A stretch of DNA of 64,000 nt, taken from positions 613,252 through 677,251 of the forward strand of contig OY782499.1 of assembly GCA_963677815.1 (NCBI GenBank). The letters run 5' to 3'. The notes under the pieces were generated by a model that saw nothing but the letters and a program-made list of their open reading frames with translations, was not told the origin of the DNA and made no database searches. Shown piece by piece: positions 28,699 to 40,000 of the stretch (its first letter is position 1; each line of letters opens with the position of its first letter). This stretch comes from Candidatus Cloacimonadales bacterium (GTDB lineage Bacteria > Cloacimonadota > Cloacimonadia > Cloacimonadales > JAFGVF01). The position numbers and the translations under genes were made by a program.

Positions 28699-29067
28699 CT
28701 ACTCAGAGTAAATTACTGATGATTTTTCAGATTCCCAAACTTCAATTTCGTAAACTTGACAACCATCAATATCAATCATATCTGCTAATCTCTGATAAAG
28801 ATACTTAGCTATATTCTCGGAAGTTGGGTTCAATTCAGTAAATGGCTCTATGGTGTTTAAATGCTTGTGATCTAATTCAACCATCAAAGCATCTAGCCAT
28901 TTCTTAGCTATGGTAAAATCAACAGCCATCCCTAATTCATCTACTTTTTCACATTTTAAACAAATTCTTACTTTCCAGTTGTGACCATGAATATTCTTAC
29001 ACAATCCAGGATACTCTCTTAAATTATGAGCAGCTGAAAAGTGGGAAGTTACATTTATTCTATACAT
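28699..29067 (-). CDS. queD: 6-carboxy-5,6,7,8-tetrahydropterin synthase (QueD / PTPS family)
   Basis: The core has the CxxxHGHNW motif and SHFSAAH. I chose the internal start (MYRINV) at 29067 because a strong SD (aaggag, minus strand) precedes it. The track ORF extends to 29133. Confidence 0.85.
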   Translation of the reverse strand: MYRINVTSHFSAAHNLREYPGLCKNIHGHNWKVRICLKCEKVDELGMAVDFTIAKKWLDALMVELDHKHLNTIEPFTELNPTSENIAKYLYQRLADMIDIDGCQVYEIEVWESEKSSVIYSE

Positions 29068-29381
29068 TATTTTCTCCTTATTTTCATAAATAGATGCTGT
29101 AAAACTTGGTCCAATGCAAGTTCTTTTAAACATTGAACAAGCATCTACAGCCTCATTTAGCTATATGTATAAATCCAAATTACAAGTTACTAGACAAGCT
29201 TCTTATGTCAATAAAAAGATTGAGTAATACAAAGAAGAAAGTAAGAGTAATTTTATAGCCTAAATTGTGTAAATAATTCACATAATGAAATTATAAATAA
29301 AATATAACTCATACTTTTATGAAATTTTACTTTACATTTTTTAGTAGGTTAGAATTATTAGTATAATAAGGATTGTACACC

Positions 29382-31724
29382 ATGACAAAAGATAGTATTC
29401 AAACAGAGAACATCATGAATTTATTACAGAAGGCTCAAGAGATTATACATATATCTCCTGATTTGAGTCTAAAGTATGCCCTCCTAGCTCAGGATAGAGC
29501 CTCAGCTAGTGAGAAGCAAGCATATTATGGTATTTTCAATAAAATATTAGGTGAATGTTACTATCTTTTAAACGAGTTAAATTTAGCTGAAGAATATATA
29601 TCTAAGGCCAGAGACTATTATTACAAAAAAAGTGAATTACTTCCCAAATTAGAAATAAATTCACTTATGGCCAAGCTTCACATAAAAAATAAAGAAACAG
29701 ATAAAGCTGTTGAAATATATCATGAAATGCTGCTAGCATCTACTAGTCTAAAATTCTCTAAAGGAATAGTGATGGCTCTTCTAGAAATGGCGACCATGTA
29801 TATTCAAGTTAGAGAATATAGATTAGCTTATGATGTCTTATACTCCATTAACGATGAAGATTTAGCTGATACTACAGATATTATTAAGTTTAAAGTTTAT
29901 AGCAATCTAGCCATAGCTTCCATCAAATGCAACATTACCGAGAAAGTTCAATCTGTTCTCAAAAAATCCCATATACTTGCTGAAAAAATACAAGATAAAT
30001 TATTTCTAAAAATATCTTATGAAAATTATTATTTATTTTTCAAACTTATTAACAACATCCCCAAAGCTTATGAATACCTTGAAAAGAGTTATAATTTAAA
30101 CAATGAAATTAATCTCCATAATTCCCAAACAAACATTGCTAAACTTTTAAATCAATTTGAAATAGATAAAACCAAACAAGAGATTAATGAAAGTGAAGAA
30201 AAAAGAATTGCTTTGGAAGAAGCTAATAAAACTATCAGAAAACAAAAACTCTTTTTAGAAACAATCTTAGATACTATACCTAACGCAATCTATTATAAAA
30301 ATCTATCCGGTAAGTATTTAGGCTATAACAAAAAGTGGCTAGACCTATTTGTTGGTAAATCTAAACAACAGAATCTTACTAATCTCTACGATGTATTACC
30401 TAAAGAACAAGCTGATATTTTGACTAAAGATGATAAAGAGCTTCTATATAAAAAACGACAAACTAAGGGTGAGTATAAAATCCTGTTATCTGACAAACAA
30501 GAGCATTCTTTAGTAATCTACAAGGATATATTTAGGGATGAAAGAGGAGCCATAGACGGTATTATTGGCGTGGTAAACGATGTTACAGAATATAAAAACA
30601 CTTACCTTGAGGCTGCTAAAAATAATACTTTCCTAAATGCAATTTTTGACTATGCTCCTATAGGAATTTGTATTTTTTATAATGATGGTAAAATTGAAAA
30701 AGCTAACAACTATTTAAAAAGTATCCTTCTCAAACAAATTGATAACCCCTTCGATAATATTTTAGATTTTGTTTTAGATGAAGATAGGGAAGAAGTAAAA
30801 ACTTCTCTAGATAAAACATTAGAAAATAATCAAACAAAATCTATTGAACTGAGAATTCAAGCACAAAGTGGGTTGATTATTTATGCTGAAATATCATATT
30901 CTCCAGTCTTTAACCCAAAAGCAAACAAGACAAGCAATCTTGCCATTATTAAAGACATTACTGATAGAAAGATTTATAATGAATCTCTTCTAAGATCAGA
31001 GAGAAAATTAAAAGATGCTAATTATGCAAAAGATAGATTTTTCTCTATAATTGCTCATGATTTGAGAGGTCCTATAGGTAATTACCGAGAAGTTTTCAAA
31101 TTGTTATCAACTAAAAAGGATGTCTTTTCTGAAAAAGAAAGAACAAACCTCATGGCAGAATTATATAAATCAGCTGACCATACTTTTGATTTGCTAGAGA
31201 ACTTATTACAATGGACTAGAAGTCAAAAGAATGAGCTCCAAATAATACCTAATTATTATTCTGTGTTTGAGATTACTGCAAATGCTCTTAATACTCTATC
31301 ACCAATTGTAGAAAATAAAAAACTAACAATTGAAAATAATGTAAAAGTTAATCATACTGGTTATTTCGATATTAATATGATTTCAACAGTTATTAGAAAT
31401 TTAGTTTCTAACGCTATAAAGTTTTCCTATCCTGATTCTAAGATAATTATTTCTTCTAGAATAGAGCACGACCTAATCTTAGTCTCTGTACAAGACTTTG
31501 GGGTAGGTATTCCTATTGAGAGACAAGAATCTATATTTGATGCTAAAGAGATGTCTTCTACCTTAGGAACTGCAAAAGAGAAGGGTACAGGATTGGGCTT
31601 AGTCCTGTGCAAGAACTTTGTTGAACTTAACCATGGAGAAATATATATTAAAAGTCAACGAGGACAAGGTACTACTTTCACTTTCTCACTACCTTTAGAG
31701 AACTCTCTGCATGAGAACCACTAA
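29382..31724 (+). CDS. Sensor histidine kinase with an N-terminal TPR-like region, two PAS-like domains, HisKA and HATPase_c
   Basis: Has an H-box (FFSIIAHDLRGP), an N-box (LVSNAIKFS) and G-boxes (DFGVGI, GTGLGLVLCK). ATG 29382 is preferred over the upstream TTG at 29373. No cognate response regulator is adjacent. Confidence 0.85.
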   Translation: MTKDSIQTENIMNLLQKAQEIIHISPDLSLKYALLAQDRASASEKQAYYGIFNKILGECYYLLNELNLAEEYISKARDYYYKKSELLPKLEINSLMAKLHIKNKETDKAVEIYHEMLLASTSLKFSKGIVMALLEMATMYIQVREYRLAYDVLYSINDEDLADTTDIIKFKVYSNLAIASIKCNITEKVQSVLKKSHILAEKIQDKLFLKISYENYYLFFKLINNIPKAYEYLEKSYNLNNEINLHNSQTNIAKLLNQFEIDKTKQEINESEEKRIALEEANKTIRKQKLFLETILDTIPNAIYYKNLSGKYLGYNKKWLDLFVGKSKQQNLTNLYDVLPKEQADILTKDDKELLYKKRQTKGEYKILLSDKQEHSLVIYKDIFRDERGAIDGIIGVVNDVTEYKNTYLEAAKNNTFLNAIFDYAPIGICIFYNDGKIEKANNYLKSILLKQIDNPFDNILDFVLDEDREEVKTSLDKTLENNQTKSIELRIQAQSGLIIYAEISYSPVFNPKANKTSNLAIIKDITDRKIYNESLLRSERKLKDANYAKDRFFSIIAHDLRGPIGNYREVFKLLSTKKDVFSEKERTNLMAELYKSADHTFDLLENLLQWTRSQKNELQIIPNYYSVFEITANALNTLSPIVENKKLTIENNVKVNHTGYFDINMISTVIRNLVSNAIKFSYPDSKIIISSRIEHDLILVSVQDFGVGIPIERQESIFDAKEMSSTLGTAKEKGTGLGLVLCKNFVELNHGEIYIKSQRGQGTTFTFSLPLENSLHENH

Positions 31725-31750
31725 CTAAAAAGGCAAGAACATACAAATAA

Positions 31751-32728
31751 ATGAAAATACTAATAATCAGATTTTCTTCTTTAGGTGATATCATCCTAAC
31801 TAAACCCATAATAGATGAACTAAAAGCTAAATTTCCTCAAGCTCAAGTTGATTATTTAACAAAATCCGCTTTTGCTCCCTTAATAAATACTTATTTTCCT
31901 ATTGATAGCGTACTAACCCAATATAAGAGCCTAAAAGACCTTCTCAAAATTAAAGCGGTAAAATATGACTTAGTAATCGACCTTCATAATAAATTTAATT
32001 CATGGTTAACCAAAAAAATTATTCTTGGGAAGCAGACTATCACTTATGATAAAAAAAGACACTTGAGACAGAGAATAGTAGCCCATAAAACAAGCAAGAC
32101 TATTAATTCAACTCTTGATTTATATAATTCTGTTTTTAAAAAACTGAATATTGACTTTTCCTTCAAGTACCCGAAAATACTTCTTGATAATCTAAATCAA
32201 GAAGAACTTCTACCTTCTAATGCTAAGCTGAAAGTTGTTATCTTTCCAGGAGCAACTCATAACACAAAAAGGATTCCCTGCCATAAATTAATTGCTTTTA
32301 TCAATAACTATCAACATGATGACACTATTTTTTATCTGATGGGATCGCCTAATGAAAAAGAAATAACAAGCGCTATTAAAGATAAAAGCAATAAGGAGAC
32401 TTATGACTTAGCGGGCAAATTTAACCTAGTTGAGCTGGTTGCTGCTATCAATCAAGCAGACCTTGTAATCACAAATGATTCTGGTCCTATGCATATAGCT
32501 GCAGCTTTAGAGAAAGCTCAAATAGCCTTCTTTGGCTCTACTAATATAGCTTTAGGTTTTCGTCCCTTGAATGATAAAGCAAGGATAATTTCCTATCCTA
32601 TTAAATGTTCACCTTGTACTCTACATGGTGAAAAAGAATGTCCTTTAGGGCATTTTTCTTGTATGCAAAATATATCTCCTGACACTATTTATGCAAACTA
32701 TGTTGAGTTACTTACCCTAATCAAATGA
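31751..32728 (+). CDS. Glycosyltransferase family 9 (LPS heptosyltransferase-like)
   Basis: The start (MKILIIRFSSLGDIILTKPII) and the C-terminal ITNDSGPMHIAAAL motif are typical of GT9. Ends with a TGA stop. Confidence 0.85.
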   Translation: MKILIIRFSSLGDIILTKPIIDELKAKFPQAQVDYLTKSAFAPLINTYFPIDSVLTQYKSLKDLLKIKAVKYDLVIDLHNKFNSWLTKKIILGKQTITYDKKRHLRQRIVAHKTSKTINSTLDLYNSVFKKLNIDFSFKYPKILLDNLNQEELLPSNAKLKVVIFPGATHNTKRIPCHKLIAFINNYQHDDTIFYLMGSPNEKEITSAIKDKSNKETYDLAGKFNLVELVAAINQADLVITNDSGPMHIAAALEKAQIAFFGSTNIALGFRPLNDKARIISYPIKCSPCTLHGEKECPLGHFSCMQNISPDTIYANYVELLTLIK

Positions 32729-32745
32729 ATAAATCAGGAATATAA

Positions 32746-33639
32746 ATGACAACAAACTTAATAAATGGAATCCTTGCCTTTGTTTTGTGGGGATTATTTC
32801 CAATATACTGGAGAGCATTGCAAGAAGTAGCAGCTCTTGAAATTTTCGCTTATAGAATCGTAGGCTCTCTCATCTTTATAGTTTTTCTTCTTATGATAAT
32901 TAAAAGTGGAACTTGGATTAAAGAGTTAACCTTTAAAAGATTCTCATATTATGGTTTAACATCTCTTTTTATTTCAACAAACTGGTTAGTTTATATCTGG
33001 GCTGTTAACAACAATCAAGTTCTTGAAGCAAGTTTAGGTTATTACATAAACCCGTTAATGAATGCCTTATTAGGAAGATTATTCTTGAAAGAAAAGCTTA
33101 GAAGTCTTCAAAAATTAGCAATCCTTACCGCCTTATGTGGAGTGGCTTTTTTAACCTATAAATATGGAAAACTACCTTGGGTCTCACTTGTACTTGCTAC
33201 TTCTTTTTCTATTTATGGCCTCCTTAAAAAGAAATCAAAATTAGGAGGAATTCAATCATTTTCACTAGAATCATTTATCTTATCATTTCCAGCATTAGCC
33301 TATATTGTCTGGCTTATAAGTCAGAATAGATCTTCACTAGGAACTATTAGTATAGAAGTTGATTTACTCTTGCTTGGAGCTGGAATTGTCACAGGGGTTC
33401 CCTTGGTTCTTTTTAATCTGGCTGCTCAAAAGCTAACACTTACTACTTTAGGAATGCTCCAATACATATCTCCAACTTTTCAGTTATTAATAGGTCTCTT
33501 AGTCTTTAAAGAAGCTTTTCCTATGGACAAGTTAGTTGGTTTCATTATTATTTGGTTTGCTTTGATAATTTACACTTTTGAACTAATTTCCTTTAATAAT
33601 AGGAAGCAAAAAGTCAATATTTTAGCTAAAAGACATTAG
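32746..33639 (+). CDS. rarD: RarD/EamA family transporter
   Basis: 297 aa with 10 TM segments. Has N-terminal GILAFVLWGLFPIYW and LGYYINPL motifs typical of RarD. Confidence 0.8.
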   Translation: MTTNLINGILAFVLWGLFPIYWRALQEVAALEIFAYRIVGSLIFIVFLLMIIKSGTWIKELTFKRFSYYGLTSLFISTNWLVYIWAVNNNQVLEASLGYYINPLMNALLGRLFLKEKLRSLQKLAILTALCGVAFLTYKYGKLPWVSLVLATSFSIYGLLKKKSKLGGIQSFSLESFILSFPALAYIVWLISQNRSSLGTISIEVDLLLLGAGIVTGVPLVLFNLAAQKLTLTTLGMLQYISPTFQLLIGLLVFKEAFPMDKLVGFIIIWFALIIYTFELISFNNRKQKVNILAKRH

Positions 33640-34568
33640 TTCTTCTTAATTTTCTGAGTATTCTTAAAATGTAGTTTTGCAATATCTCTTAAGATATCAG
33701 AACCTTTTTGAGCAATAATCTTCTTGCCAAAAGTAATAGTGCTTGCACCACCCCCCTTAGGTATCTGTGATCCACATTCTCTTGAATAATAATCTATTCC
33801 AGCATTAAACTTAGCCCTTGCTAGAATGGAAGCAGTAGCAACAGCTAAATCTCTTTCCCCTTTATGCTCTTGGACAATATCGCATTGGTCAATACTTTCC
33901 GAATTTAAGTAATATTCTACCAATCCCTGCCTAGCAAACCTATCAACAAATATTCCTTGTGGATTAAACTTTCTAGCTAAAGTGGCTATAACCTTAGAAT
34001 GACACCAAGCTAAAAGATGGTTGAGATTCTTCTTGCTCTGAGTAAAGCTCTCATAAAGTTCATTATATTTTTTAGGGGTAAGTGTGATAAGCTGATAGCG
34101 ACCTGGAAACCTTTCCATTACCTTCTCTGCGATAATATTGATTTGCTTATCCTGTAAAAGCTTACTGTCTTTTACTCCAAGTCTCTCTAAACTTATGAGA
34201 TCTTTACTTTGGCAATAAAAAGCAGCAACTACTAAGGGACCATAATAATCCCCTTTCCCTGATTCGTCACTTCCTATCCAGTTGTCCCAACCATGTAATG
34301 TATCAATAGTTATATTGCTAGCCTTTCTTTCTAATTGAACAACAATCTCATTTAACTTGCGATTAATCAAGTTGTCTTTAGGCGGAATTACAAATGACAC
34401 TGTCTTCTTCTTGTTAGAATAATAGATATTTATTTTACTCTTCTCTTCTAACCAAGAATATTCTAGCTGTATGCCATAATCTATCTCTTTTTGACTTAAC
34501 AAAAACAGTTTCTCTTTAAGAGCAAGGCTTTTAAACTTACTAACTTTATCACTAAATACTTGATTCAT
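33636..34568 (-). CDS. rnhC: Ribonuclease HIII
   Basis: 310 aa. Has an N-terminal TBP-like domain and an RNase HII-fold core (GSDESGKGDYYGPLVVAA ... VDSKLL). It converges on rarD with a 4-nt overlap. Confidence 0.85.
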   Translation of the reverse strand: MNQVFSDKVSKFKSLALKEKLFLLSQKEIDYGIQLEYSWLEEKSKINIYYSNKKKTVSFVIPPKDNLINRKLNEIVVQLERKASNITIDTLHGWDNWIGSDESGKGDYYGPLVVAAFYCQSKDLISLERLGVKDSKLLQDKQINIIAEKVMERFPGRYQLITLTPKKYNELYESFTQSKKNLNHLLAWCHSKVIATLARKFNPQGIFVDRFARQGLVEYYLNSESIDQCDIVQEHKGERDLAVATASILARAKFNAGIDYYSRECGSQIPKGGGASTITFGKKIIAQKGSDILRDIAKLHFKNTQKIKKN

Positions 34569-34712
34569 ATTATCTACCTCAACAAAAACTTTTATTGTCC
34601 TTGGAATATGTCAACATTTATCCTAAATTTACTAAAAGTCTAATAAAAATTCATTACAAATTATTTGACTAATTCATTAAAAACTATTATTTTGTATTGT
34701 AGGAGTGTGAAT

Positions 34713-35153
34713 ATGAAAAAAGATATTTTTTCTCAATTAAAAACCATAGAAGATGGTATGAATAACTTATTAGGAGCTATGTCTTCATTAACTCATAGTA
34801 AATACACTTTCCAAGATAATTATGATGAAGTATGGACTCCTAACTGTGATGTATATATATCGAACTCAAAATTAAATATTGTTATAGAATTAGCTGGAGT
34901 TGATAAAGACTCTATTGAATTAACTTTTAATGATAGCTATCTTTTGTTGAGAGGCTCAAGAGATTTTGGAGTTCCTTGTAGCGATGTCTGTTTTTACCAC
35001 ATGGAAATTGAAACAGGCTCTTTTGAAAGAGCTATTTATTTCCCTGACGTTCTCCTAGATAAAGAAAACCCACAAGTAACATTTGAAAAGGGAATCCTAA
35101 AAATTCAATTTGCTTTGAGTGAGAATAAAGAATCAATTATAACAGTAGAATAA
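34713..35153 (+). CDS. Hsp20/alpha-crystallin family small heat-shock protein
   Basis: ATG 34713 is preceded by SD aggag. The alpha-crystallin domain includes LNIVIELAGVDKDSIELTF and GILKIQF. Confidence 0.85.
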   Translation: MKKDIFSQLKTIEDGMNNLLGAMSSLTHSKYTFQDNYDEVWTPNCDVYISNSKLNIVIELAGVDKDSIELTFNDSYLLLRGSRDFGVPCSDVCFYHMEIETGSFERAIYFPDVLLDKENPQVTFEKGILKIQFALSENKESIITVE

Positions 35154-35268
35154 AACTAAAGCAATTTTTGCATATTAGATCTTTTATTAATAATTTCTGG
35201 TGAGTTCACTATATAAACATTGACAGAATAGGCTCTTAGCTTTTTTTGGATTTTAAGGAGTTTATATT

Positions 35269-36423
35269 ATGTTTTATCCAGATTTTAATAATAATTTGCT
35301 AAATTTGACAGCATCAATATCTTTATCTTATGGATGCCAGACGTCTTATCAGCCTTTATTAAATATATCAGCTGATAAGCTTTCTCAGAAAGAAAATATT
35401 ATACTTATGGTTATTGATGGTTTAGGGTATAATTTTTTTAACAAATTTGTTTCTGAAAAAATATTACAAGACAATACTTTAGGGTCTATAACATCTGTAT
35501 TCCCTTCTACAACCGCAGTTGCAATTACCTCTATTTTAACAGGTAAATCGCCAAAAGAGCATGCATTAACAGGCTGGTTTGTTTATTTGAAAGAACTTGG
35601 TTCTGCCTCTAAAATATTACCTCTTGAACCAAGATATTCTACTAGCACATATTTTGATAATCATGCTGATTCAAACATTATCTATGATTTAGATTCTATC
35701 TTTGATAACTTTAATGCTCAAGCCCACTTTGTACATCTAAATAAGTATAAAGATGACTATTATCAAAAGATTCTTAGAGGGCAATCTATTTTCCATGGAT
35801 TTGACCAACTTGACCAAATATCTTCCTCTATAAGCAATATTCTAGAAAACAAAGTTTCTCAAAGGAATTTCATATATACCTACTGGAATGGCTTAGATGC
35901 AATTTCTCATCAATATGGTTATGATTCTGAACAAGCAATAGATCACTTCAATAAAATTCAAGAAGAAATTGTCAATATCGTGAATTCTATCGATAGAGAA
36001 AATACTAGTCTAATTATTACAGCAGACCATGGTTTCATCAATGTTAATAATGATAATAAGCTGAGAGTTAAGGATATTCCAGGATTAAGAGATTGCTTAG
36101 TCTTACCGCTTATGGGAGAACCAAGATCACCCTACTGCTATTTAAGATCTGGGAAAGAAGAAAAATTTAAACAAATATGGAAACAATATCTTTCGCCTTA
36201 TTCTCAACTTTTTCATATTGACGAAATGATCGATAAACAAGTTTTTGGATTAAACAAGATGAATAACAAGTTTACTGATAGAGTAGGAGACTATATCATA
36301 GTAATGAATGATGGTTATGTCTTGATTGATAATGTATTATTAGAAAAGGAGATGGATTTAGTTGGATACCATGGTGGTCTTTCTGAAAATGAGATGATGG
36401 TTCCTCTAATCTACATTACTTAG
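35269..36423 (+). CDS. Alkaline phosphatase superfamily protein (type I phosphodiesterase/nucleotide pyrophosphatase-like)
   Basis: Motifs MVIDGLGYNF, PSTTAVAITSILTG, ITADHGF and GYHGG are typical metal-ligand and nucleophile motifs of this superfamily. Confidence 0.7.
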   Translation: MFYPDFNNNLLNLTASISLSYGCQTSYQPLLNISADKLSQKENIILMVIDGLGYNFFNKFVSEKILQDNTLGSITSVFPSTTAVAITSILTGKSPKEHALTGWFVYLKELGSASKILPLEPRYSTSTYFDNHADSNIIYDLDSIFDNFNAQAHFVHLNKYKDDYYQKILRGQSIFHGFDQLDQISSSISNILENKVSQRNFIYTYWNGLDAISHQYGYDSEQAIDHFNKIQEEIVNIVNSIDRENTSLIITADHGFINVNNDNKLRVKDIPGLRDCLVLPLMGEPRSPYCYLRSGKEEKFKQIWKQYLSPYSQLFHIDEMIDKQVFGLNKMNNKFTDRVGDYIIVMNDGYVLIDNVLLEKEMDLVGYHGGLSENEMMVPLIYIT

Positions 36424-36424
36424 A

Positions 36425-36901
36425 ATGAAAAGAATACTTGTTTTAATTATAACTTGCCTCTTGCTGTTTGCCTGTAAGTATGAGACTAATAAAAAAAATG
36501 AGGACAATAATCAAAAGCTAGCTGATACATTAACAACTAGTCAGATTAATTATGACTTGTCTGAGTCACAAATAGTTGTTAATCCAGAAACTGGAGATAC
36601 TCTTTACTTAGATTTCGACCTGCAATTAGAGAAAGATGTACAGGTAAAAAAGTATCAAAAATACTATATTGTCTCAAGCTATTCTTCATATACTAGAGAT
36701 GAGAAGCTAGACAAAGAGCTTGCTCGTTGGAATAAACTAGAATCAAAAGCTAAGTTAGAAGAAGTAAAATTTGGACAAGCAAGTAAGTATTATATCTCTC
36801 TTGGAAAATATGATTCTAGAACTGAGGTTATGGATAAATTTGAAGAATACAAACTCAAATATCCTGGCGAAAGAATTAATATTCAAACAATTTCCCAGTA
36901 G
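36425..36901 (+). CDS. Small lipoprotein of unknown function (possible SPOR-like C-terminus)
   Basis: Has a lipobox (LLLFAC) and starts 1 nt after the preceding gene's stop. The domain assignment is weak. Confidence 0.5.
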   Translation: MKRILVLIITCLLLFACKYETNKKNEDNNQKLADTLTTSQINYDLSESQIVVNPETGDTLYLDFDLQLEKDVQVKKYQKYYIVSSYSSYTRDEKLDKELARWNKLESKAKLEEVKFGQASKYYISLGKYDSRTEVMDKFEEYKLKYPGERINIQTISQ

Positions 36902-37054
36902 ATTTTTTATAAACTATCTACATTATTTACAAGGTATTATGACTTTTAAATCCCAATCAATACAACTTTTCTGATTAATGGATAAGAAATTGCATTAAAT
37001 ATATATAGAGATTGTGATTATTAAAATTTAGATATAAAGAAATGAGGAGAAAAA

Positions 37055-40000
37055 ATGAAGAAATTTATTTTATTAATTTCACTGATTATGTCTATCACAA
37101 TGGTGATGGCACTTCAGGAAAACTTAATGGATTTACATCAAAACAGCATTACTCTGCAAAATAGTAATGATTATGGTGTAGATATTAGTTATGAATTAGG
37201 AACAATCGAGATTAAAATCCAAGACACTCGTGGTGGTCAATATGCTGAGATTTCAGCAAAAGACTTCTCTTTGACTAAAGATGAAGGTTTACCTCAACTA
37301 CCATATAGTCAAAAAATTATCTCAGTTCCTCTTGGAGCAAGCATTCAAGCATCTGTTGATGTTAAATCAGCAAGCAGTGTAAATTTGAATACTAGAGGTA
37401 TTAATGCCCAAATTATCCCTGCTCAAGCATCTGTAGCTAAATGTGAAAATGTAGAAGACCTACCTTTCGCTAAAAATATTGAAATATATAGTGCTAACAA
37501 ATCCTTTAAATACCAACCTGTAACTGTTAATGAAATCGGTATTCTTAGAGGAATGAGACTTTTTGAAGTAAATTTCTACCCTGTTGAATACAATCCAGTT
37601 TCTGGTGATATCAGAGTAATCAATAGTGCTGATGTTAATGTTGAATTTATCAACGGCGACATCTATGCTACTGAAGAATTAAAAGCTAAAACTAGATCTT
37701 TCATGTTTGAAGGTATCTATGCCCAAAACATTTTTAACTACTACCCTTCAAGATCTTCTTTAGAAAACTACCCTTTAGGCTACATTATAGTTACTCCTAA
37801 TCAATTCCTTGATACTTTAGAACCTTTCATCACTTGGAAACAAGAACAAGGGTATGATGTTACTGTAGCAACTACTGAAAATATTGGTTCTTCAACTACA
37901 GCTATCAAAAACTATATTCAAGGCATTTGGGATGCAGCTACTCCTGATAATCCAGCTCCATCTTACTTATTGTTAGTTGGTGATACTCCTCAAATCCCAG
38001 CTTATGCTGGTTCTACAGACTCTGGTCATGTTACAGACCTTAACTATGTAAGATTAAGCGGAACTGACTATCTTCCAGAAATGTATTACGGAAGATTCTC
38101 TGCAACTTCTGTTGCTCAGTTAACACCTCAAGTGAACAAAACTCTTACTTACCAAAAATATGAAATGGCCGATCCTTCTTACCTAGAAAAAGCTACTCTT
38201 ATCGCTGGTGTTGATAGCTATTACGCTTCAACTCATGGTAATGGTACATTAAATTATGGTAGTGATAACTATTTTAACGAAGCTCATGATCTAGATGTAA
38301 ATACTTACTATTACCCACAATCAGGCAATTCAGCGGCTGCTATCGTTAGTGATGTTAGCCTTGGTTTAGGTTACTTAAACTATACTGCTCACGGCTCTGA
38401 AACCACTTGGGCTGATCCTAGCTTCACAATCGCGAACATTAACAGTCTTCAAAATTATGGAAAATATCCAGTTGTTGTTGGTAACTGCTGTTTAACTAAC
38501 CACTTCAATACAGGAACTTGCTTTGGTGAAGCCTGGTTAAGAGCTACCAATGGTGCTGTTATTTATATTGGTGGAACAAACTCTACTTACTGGGACGAAG
38601 ATTACTGGTGGTCTGTTGGTCACTTTACACCAACATCTACTGATAGTCCAACCTATGCTGGAACAGGTTTCGGTATGTTTGATGCTTTATTCCATGAACA
38701 TAATGAAGCTTTTGAAGACTGGGCTCATACTGCTGGTGCTATGGTTGTTACTGGTAATATGGCTGTTCAATCATCTTCTTCTTCTAGAAAAAATTACTAT
38801 TGGGAAATCTATTCTATCATGGGTGACCCTTCATTAATGCCATACATCGGCGTGCCTGATGCTCAAAATGTAGATTATACAAATACTATGCTTGTTGGTA
38901 TGACTTCTCTTAATATTACAGCTGCTCCTTATAGCTACGCAGCTCTTTCAAAAGATGGTCAATTACTGGGCACTGTTCTTACAGATGGTTCTGGTAACGG
39001 AACTATTAACTTTGAAGCTATCAATGTTCCTGGAAATGTTAAATTAGTCGTTTCTCACACTGATTACCAACCTTTTATTACTGATATTGAAGTTGTTCCT
39101 GCAGAAGGTCCTTTCTTAGTAATCGATAACCAACAAATCACTGGTAATGTTGCAGCTGGTCAAGAACTTGATCTTGCTTTCACAATTGCTAATGTTGGTG
39201 TTGAAGCAGTTTCTAATGTTAATGTTACTTTAACTAGTACAGACGGAAATGCAAATATAGTTAATGGTGCTACTACTATTGCTAATATCGATGCTGAAGC
39301 TACTGCCCAACTTGCCTCTGCTTTAGAAGTTACCCTTGCAGATGGTTTAAATCATGGCGAAGTAGTAGCCTTCAATCTTGAATTAGCTTCTTCTGATGAT
39401 ACTTGGAATTACCAATTTGCCCTAACTGCTGTAGGTCCTCATTTTATTATTACTGATGTAACTGTAAATGATGGTGATAATAACTTACTTGACCCTAACG
39501 AAACAGCAGAACTACTTATTTGCTACCAAAATAACGGTTCATTTGTTGCAAATAATACAATAGCTAACCTGATTTCTACTACTCCTGGAATCACTGTTAC
39601 AGACACAAATATTGAACTTGGAGATATTGCTGTTAATGCTAGTGGTCAATTAGCTGTAACTGTTGAAACTTCAGCTTATATGGAAACAGGAACTATGGCT
39701 GATTTCACTACTACTTTTACTAGTGATAATGAAGTTAACTCTTCAGATAACTTCACTCTTTCTGTAGGTTTACTCTTTGAAGATTTCGAATCTGGTGATT
39801 TCTCAAGTGATTTCAACTGGAATACTCCTGGTTGGACTGTTGTTTCTAGTGATGCTCATCAAGGTAGCCATTCTGCTAAATCAAATACTATTTCTCATAA
39901 CCAATCAGCTAGCATGACTGTCCAAATGGATGATGTTACTGCTGGTCAAATCTCTTTCTGGGTAAAAGTATCTTCTGAACCTGGCTATGATGAATTAACT

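Noticed and set aside
29068-29160. preQ1 riboswitch in the queD leader (minus strand)
   Set aside because: Reading the reverse complement shows only a weak tagatgc/gcatcta pairing. The conserved preQ1-I features (a short hairpin followed by an A-rich CTA tail) are not visible.
35269-36423. PglZ/BREX-type defence component (alkaline-phosphatase fold)
   Set aside because: The protein is only 384 aa. No BREX, DISARM or other defence partners are nearby. The motifs fit a generic phosphodiesterase/AlkP family enzyme.
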